Of a stretch of 64,000 nt of DNA, positions 1 through 12,895 are shown one piece after another. The DNA is from Sphagnum compactum (taxonomy: Eukaryota). The DNA is taken from positions 6,376,213 through 6,440,212 of the forward strand of contig OZ234493.1 in the NCBI GenBank assembly GCA_965153455.1, in the 5' to 3' direction. Under the pieces are notes generated by a model that worked only from the letters and a program-made list of their open reading frames with translations, was not told where the DNA came from and made no database searches. Each line of letters opens with the position of its first letter. The stretch's first letter is position 1. Made by a program: the position numbers and the translations under genes.

Positions 1-770
1 ATAAAAGTTTTGTCGAAAAGTAAAGGTTTAGCTAGGGGTGGAAAGGTTTTGTCGAAAATTAGAGGTTTAGTCAAGGAATAAAAAGGTTTTGCTGAAAGGT
101 AGAGGTTTAGCCAGGGGGTAAAAATGTTTTGCCAAAAAATAAAAAATTAGCCAAGGAGTAAAAAAGTTTTGTTGAGAAGTAAAGGTTTAACTAGGGGGTG
201 GAAATGTTTTGCGGAGAAATAAAGGTTTAACTACTAAGGAATGTAAAGGTTTTGTTAAGAAGTAAAAGATTAACCAATGAGTAGAAATGTTTTATTAAAA
301 GGTAGAAGTTTAGTTGGGGAGTAAAACGGTTTTGTTGAAAAATATAGGTTTAATTAAGGGGTGGAAACATTTTGTTTATAAATAAAAGTGTAGCCAAGGA
401 GTAAAAAGGTTTTGTCAATAAATAGGGGTTTAGCCACGGAGTAGAAAGGTTTTGCCAAAAAGTAAAGGTTTAGCTAAGGAATAGAAAGGTTTTGTTCAAA
501 AATAAAGGTTTAATCGAGAAATAGAAAAGTTTTGCCAATAAATAAAGATTTAACGAATAAATAATTTTTTTTATTAATAAGTAGAAGTTTAGCCAAAGAG
601 TAGAAAGGTTTTGATGAGAAGTAAAAGTTTAGCCAATGAATAGAAAGGTTTTATTGATAAGTAGAAGTTTAGCCAACGAGTAAAAAGGTTTTGCTGAAAA
701 GTAAAGGTTTAGCCGGGGTAGAAAAGTTTTGCTAAAAAAGAGAGGTTTAGTCAAGGAGTAGAAAAGTTTT
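1..770. repeat. Degenerate tandem repeat, ~40-bp unit (~19 copies), runs off the window start
   Basis: Unit ~AAAGGTTTTGyCrAAAAGTAAAGGTTTAGCyArGGrrTrG; the GTTTT core recurs at about 45, 85, 125, 165, 205 and onward; each unit is two related ~20-bp halves. Confidence 0.9.
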
Positions 771-903
771 CTACCAATCTGGCGATCTTTACCTTTTTTT
801 TCCCCTCACTTCTGGCGACTGAAAACCTCTAAAATCACTTTTTTTTCTTCGAATTTTTAATTTCGCTTTCTGGCGATATAATATCGCCAGTAAAAAAAGG
901 CTG
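771..903. mobile_element. End fragment of a dispersed non-autonomous element (...AAAAAAAGGCTG terminus)
   Basis: Similar to 26205-26341 (CCCCTCACTT..CTGGCGA, TTTTTAATTTCG, AAAAAAAG(G)GCTG). Confidence 0.55.
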
Positions 904-966
904 ACATTAAAGATCATGTCGAAAAGTGCAACATTAATGCTAGAGGCAGGAGGTTCCAATACGACG

Positions 967-986
967 TTAGGGTTAGGGTTAGGGTT
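967..986 (+). promoter_or_regulatory. (TTAGGG)3, telo-box-like element
   Basis: TTAGGGTTAGGGTTAGGGTT about 220-240 bp upstream of the ATG of a ribosome-biogenesis helicase; telo-boxes are enriched in such plant promoters. Confidence 0.5.
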
Positions 987-1207
987 GGAATGAGATTAGG
1001 GCGCACTTGGGAAGGAATTGAGCGTGCTTGGACAGTACCAGCAAGCTGTTGCACTTCTTCCGCTTGTGAAGCAAGGAAGAAAAAATTGCGAAGTAGGTGT
1101 AGATTTGATGGTGCAGGCTTGTTTCCACAAGCTTTTTTTCTTGGTAGTGTAGAGCATTTCTTCTTCTGTGAGGTTTTTTGTTTTGTTCTCAATTTGATTG
1201 AGCTTAC

Positions 1208-4200
1208 ATGGGGTCAACCAGGCGTCCAACGTTTGGTTCTGGAGAGGGTTCCGACTCAGAGGAGGAAGGCGATGAGCCACAACAATCAGACGTCAACCTG
1301 AGTTTCCCTGTAGCAGGGTTCCAAGAGTTTTCAATGAACGAAACTCTGTCGGCTACCCAGCTCAAGATTCAGAAGAAAGAGAAGAAGAAGGCGAAATCTG
1401 GAGGTTTCGAGACTTTAGGGTTGAGCTTGCCTGTTTTCCGCGCCATCAAGCGCAAGGGCTACAGGATTCCGACGCCAATACAACGGAAAACGCTGCCGTT
1501 GATACTCGCTGGTTACGATGTTGTCGCTATGGCAAGAACCGGATCTGGGAAGACTGCAGCCTTTCTCATTCCTATGCTTGAGAAGCTGAAAGGACATTCT
1601 ACAAAATCTGGGGCTCGTGCTGTCATCTTGTCTCCATCACGAGAGCTGGCTCTACAGACATTCAAGTTCTGTAAAGAGCTCGGCAAATATACAGGTAATT
1701 GCTCTGCCCTATTATCCGAGGTTTATGTCCTAGCGCTTTGTGGGGGTATTCCTGCGAATGTTTCAAGAGCATGCATGATGCACAACCGAGCTGATGCATT
1801 ATCACATTCCATGGGGTTTGCAGACTTGAAAATGTCAATACTAGTAGGAGGTGACAGCATGGAGGCCCAATTTGAAGAGCTTGCAAGAAATCCTGATGTT
1901 ATAGTAGCAACACCTGGGCGTCTCATGCATCTTCTCTCTGAAGTAGAAGGCATGTCACTGCGAACTGTGGAGTATGCAGTGTTTGATGAGGCTGACCGGC
2001 TCTTTGAGATGGGGTTTGCTGATCAGCTTCGACAAATCCTGTCTCACTTGGGTGAAACTCGACAAACTCTTCTCTTCAGTGCAACACTTCCACGACTCCT
2101 TGCAGATTTTGCAAAAGCAGGTCTTCGGGATCCACATCTAATACGCCTAGATGTGGAGAGTAGAATCAGCCCAGATTTGAAGCTTTCGTTCTTGACTCTT
2201 CGACATGATGAGAAACCAGCAGCTCTTCTTTATCTTGTCCGGGAACTGATTCCAGCCCATCAGCAAACAATTGTTTTTGTCTCCACCAAACATCATGTTG
2301 AGTTCCTGTTCGAGTTGATGAAGAGTGAAGGAATTGATCTTTCGGTATGACAATGTCCCATCAACTCTTGTTAGTGGATGATGTATAATTACTTTGTGTG
2401 TGATTGTTTGACTTGATACAACGTCTGTTGGCAGATTCTTCAGAACCTCAACTTTGCAAAAATTGAATCGAATGTTGTTGTTTGAAGGTGGTGTATGGTG
2501 CAATGGATCAAGCAGCTCGGAAGATACATATTGCAAAGTTTCGGGCGAGGAAGACGATGCTTTTGATAGTTACAGATGTAGCAGCTCGAGGAATTGATAT
2601 CCCACTCCTTGACAATGTTATCAACTATGATTTTCCTCCAAAGCCCAAACTCTTTGTGCACAGGTATGCTGGAAAAGTTGAAACCCTGATTTCAGACATT
2701 TTTGTTGTCTATGGCTTGTTGTGGTGTCTGAGTCATTTGTGCAAAAGTATCCTAGTGGCAGCTGAATCTCAACACCTAAACCTTGATTTTTCCCCTCCAC
2801 CTCTATGAGCCCTAAATTTCTCCTCTGCCCTGGTGCTGTTTATCTAGGGTGGGGCGTGCTGCGCGTGCTGGCCGTATTGGCACAGCTTATTCGTTTATCA
2901 CTCCAGATGAGATGCCTTTTGTTCTAGATCTTCATTTGTATTTGTCAAAAGGCATTCGCCCTGCACCTCTGGAGGATGACGTGGTGGCCAATGAGCAGAA
3001 GGTTCTCACAGAAGTGGATAATGCCATTGACAGAGGGGAGACAGTTTATGGGCGCTTTCCTCAGTCGGTGCTTGACTATGGCATGGACAGGTACTCTGCA
3101 TCAGTGGACTTCTTTCCTTACTGGCTCTAAAGACCACATCATTCCTTACCAGACTTTGAAGTCCACTTCATTCCTTACCAGCTCTACTTTCTGGACTTGG
3201 AGTCAAATCATGCTAACAGTAAGCTCCTTATGAATGTGATCACAGGTTACGGGAAGTAGTGTCCAATAACACAGAGCTCACAGCATTGCACAAGGCTGCT
3301 GCAAATGCATTCCGGCTGTATGCCAAAACACGGCCAGCTCCATCACTAGAGTCCAGCAAGCGGTCTAAGGGCCTTCCCCGTGAAGGCCTTCATCCAAGGT
3401 TACGTGAGAAAGTGCGGAATGTAGAAGCAGAGCTCGCAGCTTTCACTGAGCGATTGAAGGCTATCAGGTTCTCATAAAAAGTATCTTTGTTTTGTTTCAT
3501 GCCATTCTCTTTGAGACACCATTCTGGTGTGGACTTCAAAGTCTTGTCTCTGATCTTGTCTGTGCTTGTTTCCAGGCCTAAACAAACAGTCATTGAGTCT
3601 GAAGCTGAAGCAGCAAAAGGCAAGCATAAGAAAGTATGTTTCTTATGGCATTCATATTGATTGGCAATAGATCCAATGCCTGTTTCCCATGCATTTTGGT
3701 TTAGACTTTTTGAGGAAGTGTATCCCTGGAGTTTCGGGCTCTTTCATACAAGTCATATGGTGGAGGGAGGAACAGATTCCAATTGCTGAGGTTGTGGAAA
3801 TCATGAAGCGCAAAAGAGCTGTCCATGAACATGTCATTACTGCTGCCCAGCAACAAAAGGCAGCAGCCAAAGCTTTTGAAAAGGTATGCATTTGAGTAGG
3901 AGTCCACTAGGCTTTTCATTTGCATTGCTGGCTGAAGCTAGTCTTTCTGGCAGGGACTTTTGAGCCTTTTGGGCACCCTATGGCAATTGATAGAAATACT
4001 CGCCTTAGCTATTTTGTCTTAAGTTTCCAAATTCCTGAGTCATGCTGGATATCACACTCAACAGACTTTGGCCTTTCAGAGTCATGAAGATGCACCTGCA
4101 GATCCAGTGGAGCCATTGGCAAAGCGAAGGCGTCATGGTCAAAAGGATGGAGACGGTGATTCCATTCTTGCTTTGTTTTGATTTTATGTTCACGAAAAAT

Positions 4201-6255
4201 GTCTCTCTGTGCAGTTCACCTAGTGTTTGGACACACTTCTGCATTTTTCTCAAAATCTTTTTCTTTCCATTTTGATGATGGTTGTGGATAGGTAAAGGAT
4301 TGAAGCAGCTACCAAAGAGCTACAGGGATGAGGATCATTATATAGATGCAATTCCATCAAATCGAGTGAGTACATTGCCACCTTTATTGGTTCACTATCA
4401 GTATTTTTTCTCACTGATTCTGACGGTTTCTCCTCCCAAACTAGAAAGTGAACTTTTTTTATCTATCAGCGTCTGCTCTGATTAGAAGGTCAGCTCCTCT
4501 GTCATAGGGTAGAGTCTCCAAAGCTTAATTTCAGTGTTGGTGTTGTGATTGCAGCATATGGAAATGGGTCTTACAGTGAAAGGAGGCGAGGGCTTTGGTC
4601 CCAGCAGGTGTTTCAATTGACATCTCACCATGTATCAATTGTCGTTATTGGAAAGCCTTTGTAATGTTTGTGCAAAGGATGGCTGATTTACTATTATTGT
4701 ATGTGTCATGGTTTTAGGTCAACAATATATTCCAGTGTTCTCTCTCTGTGCTCAATATGTTCAAAAAACTGCAGGATGGACACAGAAGTGCTGGATCTTA
4801 TAGCTGATGATGAATCAGGGGTGCAAAAGCAGAAGTCCACATACCACTGGGATAAGGTACACAAGCTGTTGTCAGCTGAGTCCTGTTCATATTTTTTGCT
4901 TACATGCCCTATCTTTGGCCAGTGTTCTGTAATCACTTTGGAAACTCTTCAACAGGTGTTAGATGTGTCGTTGACCCCCCATTTCAGGACATTGGATTTG
5001 GTATCTTCAAATTGATAATTGAAGGGGGGTCCACCTGCTATGATAGTGAAGGATTGAATCTGTGAAGAGATCTGAATAGGTGGAATGATGTGTTTTGCAG
5101 AAAAGCAAGAAGTTTGTAAAGCTTAATCGTGGTGAGAAAGTCAGTGCATCAGGAAAGGTATGTGCCAGAAGCTTTTTCTGTCAGTTCCATATCTAAAGGT
5201 TTTTAAACACCATGCTCATGTTTCACAAGTCAGTAGAGTGTCCTTTCTCTAAACAGAAGCATATTTATAACTCATGGAGTTGCTGAAGAGAACTTCAGAT
5301 TTTTAGAACTGTTTTTGAGTTCAAACTCTTTAGGAATGCTGGTTGTTGTATGATATATGTTATTGGGTGTGGAGGCAGACATGATGTTTTCTTGAGCTGA
5401 ATGGAATGTGGTTTGCAGATTAAGACAGAAAGTGGAGCCAAAGTAAATGCAGGAAACAGAGGGATCTACAAGAAGTGGAAGGAGCGCACTCATATGCATG
5501 TCTCAACGGTTGGTGAGGAAGGGGACAAGGGCAGCTATAATAGATTTGACACAGGTTGGGATTTCTCTTGTATATACTCTTTGTTGCATCTTATTTTCTG
5601 GAACATGTTTGGGACAGGATTCCTATTCCTTGTTCTATGTGAATTCACAGTTGAGCTTGCAATTGGAGGTACATTGTTGTGTTTCATGAGATGGGTAAGA
5701 ACAAATGAGATGTTCGGGTGGTCATCTCCATTGCTGCAGCAGAAATCTCCTGAAGATGAAGTAATCCTTCTAAGCATGAGTAAAGGTTGTCCTATCATTG
5801 TCAGTTTATTGAATGTTGATGGTGCTAAAGTTTCTTGTATGTGCTACAATAAATTTGTCTTTCTCATGAATTTGAAAAAAAGAATGTTTGGCTGTTTGTT
5901 CAATTTAGAGAATGGCACCAGCAGTCGAAGGGGTCGAAGGGGAGGTCTGGGTGGTGGTCATGGGCATGGTGGCAGCCGAGGTGGTGGTGGCCGTGGCAGC
6001 AGTCTTGGTAGAAGTAAAGACAGTGTTCCCAATGCCACTGTGCGAGATGAACTCCGAGGTGTAGAGGAAGTTCGCAAACACAGGCAAAAGAAGGTAATGA
6101 AACATAGCAGTGGTCGGGGAGGGAAGACTGGAGGAGGGTCTCGGGGTGGTAAGGGTGGAGGAAGGAGCAAGCCTGGTGGTTTTACTGGACAAAGAGGAGG
6201 GGGAAGGGGAGGCAGTAGAGGTGGTAGAGGTGGTAGAGGAAGGGGTAAGAGATGA
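1208..6255 (+). CDS. DDX54: DEAD-box ATP-dependent RNA helicase, DDX54/Dbp10/plant RH29 type, 14 exons, ~879 aa
   Basis: Motifs [59 protein letters not shown]; Dbp10-like C-terminus (LDLIADD..YHWDKKSKKFV..KIKTESG) and a Gly/Arg-rich RGG tail. Hand-called exons, all GT-AG and phase-consistent: 1208-1694, 1824-2344, 2488-2663, 2848-3090, 3246-3467, 3576-3633, 3776-3883, 4080-4155, 4292-4365, 4555-4607, 4775-4856, 5101-5157, 5419-5554, 5909-6255 (2640 nt). The exon 7 acceptor is the least certain. Confidence 0.93.
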
Positions 6256-7773
6256 GTGATTCTGGCAAGTTTGGCCTATGTTGTTATCTCTGACTTTTCC
6301 TTTTAGTTGTGGAAAATGCAAGGAGTTTTGGTTCTCTACTAGGGGGAGGTCATGAGAATTGAAATGGGACTTTAGTAGAAAGGCGTCCTAATGTATTGAG
6401 TATCTGAACCTGCCACAATTGAGTTTTCCCCAGAATGGGAGGCAGTTTCCTGTCCTAACAACTCTTGGTAGGCATGAACATTTAATGATCTGGCCTGGCA
6501 AGCATGAGATCTTAGCTTGTTAACAAAAGTGCCCTAGAAATTCTGGATTTTTTACATTTTAAAGACTGCTCAGCATCTATTGTGTAGCTCTCCTATCACA
6601 GTTGACCAGTTCCAGGTCCCCAGAACAGAGGTATCCAATTTGAAAAAAGAACTGGACCCAGAATTGGGAACTGGCCTCATACTAGACCCACCAAGAACCA
6701 GCTTTCAAGTCTTTTATGGCTGAAATCTAGGCCCGGACCAGGAACCAGCTTCTAAGTCCTTTTTTAAGACTGCATACTAGACCTGGATCAAGACCAGAAA
6801 CCATCTGCCCAGTCCTTTATGACCCTGTCTTTGTCCTAATATACAGAGGGTGTTGATTAGGCTTGTGCATAGGTGGGCTGGGGTTAATGGACTGTCATGT
6901 TGGGAAGTTATTCTCACTCCTTGTCATCCATGGTGGATGGAGGCTAGTGAATGAAGCTCCTCACCCCTTCGGAGTATTGTGGAAGGCCACCCTCAGTATT
7001 TATTTTGGATCCTTTCTTTGTGGAACCTTTTCAAAATACTTGTCCCCTTCTTAAATCATCCTTCTTATTTGTTTTTCTTTTTTATTTGTCACCAAACATA
7101 GTGAGAACCACCACTAGCTTTCTATTAATTTTGTTTATATATATATATATTTTGTTGTTTGTGATCTTTCTTATATCTTTCATTTCTCCTTAGTTTGTTG
7201 TTTGGAGCTTGTTGCTTGATGGCAAATGTTGCCATCTCCAAAGTGGTTGTTCTCTTTTCAACGTTTTCATTTTCAAAGTGTTTGTCAATTCTAAAGCAAG
7301 TTACTTCATAAGTTGAACGTATTTATTTGTCTCATCTTTTTTCTTTTGTAGAAGGCAAGGGGCTCACCCCCTTTGTTTGTGTCTTTTTGCAGCATGTAAA
7401 GTGGAGTCAAACTCCTTTTGTTTTTTGAAAGAGTTGGGTTCCCTCGTTTTTTTTAAAGAAAAAAAGAGTTAGGTTCCTTGTGTTTTTTTTAAGAGTTGGG
7501 CTCCCTTGTTTTTTTTAAGAAAAAAAGAGTTAGGTTCCTTTTGTTTTTTGTAACAAAAAGGAGTCAAGTTTGAGCTTCTCTTGTTTTTTGCAACAAAGAG
7601 GAGTCTCAACTCCTCTTGTTCTTTAAGTAGATTGTCATTGCCATAGTTGTTTGTTTTTTTTGTAAGGTCTACGTAAAAGAAGAAGTTTTTGAATTGTTTT
7701 TTTTTCCCCAACAGGTTGTTGTCATGTATGTCTTCATTATTACCCTTGTTGCGTATAGCATTGTCACCAAGCA

Positions 7774-7891
7774 CTGTGATCTTCATTGTTGTTGCCCAAG
7801 TTGTCATCATTGTCGACTTGTGACAATGGGAGCTGTGATCTTCATTGTTGTTGCCCAAGTTGTCATCATTGTTGACTTGTGACAATGGGAG
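7774..7891. repeat. 59-bp tandem duplication in a low-complexity TTG/GTC tract
   Basis: CTGTGATCTTCATTGTTGTTGCCCAAGTTGTCATCATTGTyGACTTGTGACAATGGGAG at 7774 and 7833. Confidence 0.85.
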
Positions 7892-9789
7892 CGAGGGAGT
7901 TAGGCCTTAGTCATCATCGTCATTGCCAACTTGGTTATCAACACCATTGTGGTTCCAACAAGGGGGTTGGGCCCCTTAATTTTGTTTTAAGTCAATGTAT
8001 TGAAAAACCAAAACATAGGTATTTAACATGTTCTCGTTATGGCATAGGCACTATTTGAATTTTTTAGTTTGTGATAATCATGTCATGGGTATGTTAGCCA
8101 CACATGGTACACATCAGCATAGGTATTATATGGTTTCATTGATGAGGACATAGGTGTACCATAATAATATTCTAAAAGGTTGTTATTTGTAAATTATGTA
8201 TGAACATAAGTGTGGTTATTCAAGAACATGTTCATGTGACAGGTCTTGTAAAAATCATAAGCAAGATATAAATACCAACACCATAGGTCTAATTAAAAAT
8301 AGTCACAAATTAAGCAAACCTTATTCCAACCTCCAAGCAACCCTTTTTGAACCCCACAAAATCTTTTTCTAGTACCAAAAAATCTTATTTTAAACTTTAT
8401 TTCAAAATTTTTGGGTTTAAGGCATATATCATTGGGACTTTTTTTGTTAGGGTTTTTATGGTTGGGGTTGTAATAAGGTTTATGGCGAAATATCATTTGG
8501 ATTTTTAGGGTTAGGCCTTATAATTTAGTGTTTAGGAATTTTGTTCATATATTTTAGGGCTTAATGTTTATACTTTAGACTTTGTTCATTGTATTGGTTT
8601 TTGATCTTATCATCTGTTTAAATCTATAACATAATGACGATTATTCTTTGTATTCATATGTTCCATAGTTATTAGAGTTCAATGTTTTTTAACCCATTTT
8701 TGTACGAGTTATGATATTTTAGGGTTGTGTTTTCAATTGGGACTACAAACTTTGGTGGAATGTTGTCATCTTTTATTCCTAAAGGTATGTATTTGTCTCT
8801 TGTTACTTTTTTTGTTTATATTTTCGCAATTCAACTTTTTTCATTTTTGAACTATTGGATATAGAATGGGTGTTAAGTTTCATTAAATATACAACCATAA
8901 ATAAAGGTTTTATACCTTTAATAAGGTATTTCATATTCCATATATGAAATATTGTAGTTTGATTTTTTCATACCTAAATTCGAGTAATGCATTTATTCCC
9001 CACAACCAACGTGGGTTTTACGACCTAAGGCAGGTATTGCATTTTTCACCTTTCGAACAATGTGCATTAATGAACATTATGTGGGTATTGCTACATGGGG
9101 TTTTCAGACATTGTGGGTTTAAGGGACAATGTAGGTATTGCATATGTGAGCATTTTCAATGATGGAAGGTTTAATAGTTTAGTGTGGGTATTGCCAAAAT
9201 TTGTTTTAGTATATGGGTTCATAATGCAAATATTGTATGTGATGTACATTGGAATAATACGCATTTTATATAATGATATGGGTACTGTAATGGGAATTCC
9301 AAGTCATAGTGTCGATTTTAAAGGAGTTGTGTGGTATTTGCATTTTGGATTTTTGTTCAATGATGAATGTTTAAAGAATTATGAATTCTCTTGGTTTGGG
9401 AATTTGTCCTACTTCCTTTCAATAATGGGAAGGGTTTTAAAGTCCCATTCCATTCATGTCCAAAACCCCACCAATTTGTTTTCTCAAACAAGGACTTGGT
9501 GTGGACATCCGATATACACCATGGAGGGCAAAATAAAGTGAACATTTAATTTGCTTATGTTCCATATGTTCACATCCCGGAATTTTTGGACGTGAATGAG
9601 GGGATACAGGCACCCTCGTGGAATGGAATATTTACAAAAACTTTCCAAGCCAAATGAATGTCAAGCAACCAACTATTAAAAACCACCTTGGGCATACGTG
9701 ATAAACATTTATGGCATTAACCTTTTTAATTTCTTTAATTCATATACCAAAGATGTAATCATTTATGTTTTGAGTGTTTTTTGGTCTAG

Positions 9790-12105
9790 GTATCAGTGCA
9801 AATACGGACCAAAGGACTATTAAGAAGACTCAACCCACGCTCAATCTATTAAACAAGGATGATTAGTGTCATTTTCAATCAAACGTCTATACACAACACC
9901 TGATGTGGTTGAGATCAGGATTTTTCGTAAAGCCCATACACAAGTTAGTGGGTCATTCACACATGGTGAGCATGAATCAAAATCCATTTCTCGTATGTCT
10001 TGTTATGCTCCATGCATGTCACAAGCATTGAAGGACCATATATTGGCCCAACTAAACTTAGGTTACACGACCAAACAAATATATGATAAGCATAAAGCAA
10101 TTTGGTAGGAACGTGTGAATGTAGGCCACAACATGACACAAGATGATTTCATTCGGCTTCAAAACATTGCATATTTGGATCGGAAACAGAAGAATGGGAG
10201 TTGGTGTTTACACATCAACCCTGCAATTTCAATTTGGTCTTGGGCTTTCCAACATCCGGAAGATGTGTTCTTTTTCCAAAATGCTGGTGAAATCAACGGG
10301 ACTCAAATCCCATTCACTGTAGGTATTCAAACACCAACTCAATGTGAGTTCATGCTATCATATGGTCATAATGGTGCCATTTCTATGGATGTCACATTTG
10401 GCACAAATGACATGAAATTCCGTCTATTCACCTTGATGGGGTTTGATGATCATCGCATGGGTGTTCCTTTAGCATGGATCATTACCAATGGGCAAACAAT
10501 TGAGGATTTGATTGAATGGTTGAAACCATTCAAACATAAGATGCTATCATACATGCCACATTGGAAACCATCATGTTTTCTCATTGACGATGCACCACAA
10601 TAATTGAAGGCATTACGGTTAGTTTTATACTTAGTACCTACTTTGTGTTTTATTTCCTTGGATGTTTTTTAGTATCTTTCATAAAATTCTTGGTTACTTC
10701 AAATGCATTTTACATTGTCCTCATCCACTCATGGCGATTTTATTGCGTAGGTGTCCCTATTAGGGTCGTACGGGGTATGGACAAGGTTCCCAACTTCCTT
10801 TGTTGTTGGCATGTTCTCAAAGCATCGCGTTTATGTGGTACCAAAAAATTCAAAGATGTGGAGGTGCAGGGTAGAATCTTCCAAGACATGATGTGATGTA
10901 CATGTCCATCAATCATGGAGAAACAATTGATGACTTGAAAGAGCATGGGAGGGTTATGAGAAAAAATCTTCACAAACATAGGCCTTTGGTGATGTGTGGA
11001 CAAATTACTTGTGGACTTATTACCATCAATTTGGTAAGTGATAATGTTTGTCATGGTTTAATATTCAAAATTCTTTTGTAATCATATTATTCACCTTTTT
11101 GCATTGTGTTTATGTTTGCAGAATTATGGATGGTGGATGTTTGATGAGTGCCCCATTCCAACCAAGACACTCAAGCACATTACATCATATCACAATGCGT
11201 TGAAACATTGGTTTGCTCTTGACACAAAAGGCCTTAGAGGGCATAGGATTGATTGGTTGGTGTGGCAATTAACAACAACCATTGCGCCACTATATGCACA
11301 CATTGGAAATGAAGAAAAGAGGTTTCATAAAAAAAAAGGTTGTGGAGGCCATTGTTACATGAAGTGTGGAAAAGGTAGCCCTTATTCCATTCACCCATGT
11401 GTACCAACCAACCCTTGAAAGTGATGAAGCTTGGGGCGTACGGAGCCAACGCCTTCCCAACATCACTTATGCGGTGAAATTCCCATTCACAAAAATATCT
11501 TGTTCCACATGTGAATGGGCATTGTGAAGGAACATGTGTAAACACCAAATTGTGGTGATTCTCACATGCACAAACATTACTCAAGAGGATATCATTCATT
11601 ATTGTGGAACATGGTATGGATCACATCATGGAAGGTTGGGTCACATGTTTGCAACCCATGACATATTCCAAATGATATGGAGTCCAATGATGATGGCAAA
11701 GATGAGCATCTTGAAGGTGATGATGGGATTATGGAGTTCGATGGACTCACAACCATGGAGTAGAGTGATCTCCCTATGGGTGCCATTATAGGGTCTAATG
11801 ACACAAAAAATTCATCAACCGTAATGGAAAAGGCTTTTGAACAATTGGTCATTACAATGCAAGAGATCACAAATGAATGTAAAGAAGGCGATGTGACACT
11901 TTGTGAACATGCCACCTCACACATGAGAGTATTGGCATGCAATATTCATAACATACACCTCACAAAGGCGAATGCAATTTTACACCTAGGATTGGTGTTA
12001 CACAACGTAAAAGATGGATTGGGAAATAGTGTCAAACGGCTCAAAGATTGGCATGAAACAATGTTCAATCACACAAATGTATGTATTAAACGATGTCATG
12101 AATAA
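9790..12105 (+). pseudogene. Decayed Mutator-like (MULE) transposase with SWIM zinc finger
   Basis: ORF 10115-10603 has MDVTFGTNDMKFRLFTLMGFDDHRMGVPLAWII...FLIDDA (MULE DDE core); CCWHVLKA near 10800; SWIM-like CSTCEWAL*RNMCKH near 11500-11546; in-frame stops and frameshifts. Confidence 0.8.
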
Positions 12106-12319
12106 ATGTTTCAATTATTAATCAAGATTGTTGCCATTGGCACTAAGAAATTTGTCAGGATTGATTTTGTATGGAGGAAACCATAGCCCAAATTCATTGA
12201 ACATCATGTATTCAACACACACATGAAGTCTAATATGCCACAAAGCTTATTATTGTTTCCAAGTAATAATTAAAAAGATTTTGAAATGCAAAAACACAAG
12301 GATAGTGATAATATTAGTG

Positions 12320-12895
12320 TTGAATGTAGGTATTGTAACTAGGCCTCAAAATCCCAGTTGATAGAGGTAAGTATGAGTGTAGGCAATTAGGCCCCAAAAT
12401 TCTAGTTTGTAAAGGTAAGTATGGGTGTGGGTATTGCAATTAAGGCCCAAAATTCTAGTTGGTAGAGGTAAATATGAATGCGAGTATTGTAATTAGGCCC
12501 CAAAATTCTAGTTGGTAAAGGTAAATATTGGTGCATGTATTACTAAGCCCCAAAATTCCAATTGGTAAAGGTAAATACAAATGCAGGTATTGCAAGTTTA
12601 AATGAAGAATCAACCCTAAATGCAATACCCACATGCATGGTTGCTTCAAAATAACCCACCTAGGTGGTTTGGATACCCTTAAATGAAGACCTAGCCCTAA
12701 ACGCAATACCCACATGCAAGGTCATTTTGAAATAACCCATAGGTGGTTTGGGTACCTTTAAGTCAAAACCCAACCCTGTATGCAATATTCGCATTCAAGG
12801 TCACTCCAAAATAACCCATGTGGGGTTTAGGTCTCTTCAAATGAAAATCCTACCTTAAATGTAATATTCGCATGCTGGGTCACTCCAAAATAATT
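12320..12895. repeat. Two adjacent tandem arrays (~52-bp x5, then ~79-bp x4)
   Basis: GGCCCCAAAATTCTAGTTGG-like unit at about 12342, 12390, 12443, 12495, 12546; AAATGCAATACCC..GGTCA..AAATAACCC unit at about 12618, 12699, 12778, 12857. Confidence 0.85.

Noticed and set aside
1-770. 40-bp array as CRISPR or telomere
   Set aside because: It is a contiguous degenerate tandem repeat with no spacers and no true TTTAGGG run.
5401-6255. 284-aa ORF as a separate gene
   Set aside because: It is helicase exons 13 and 14 read through the last intron (5555-5908, 354 nt, stop-free in frame). Retention is possible but unsupported.
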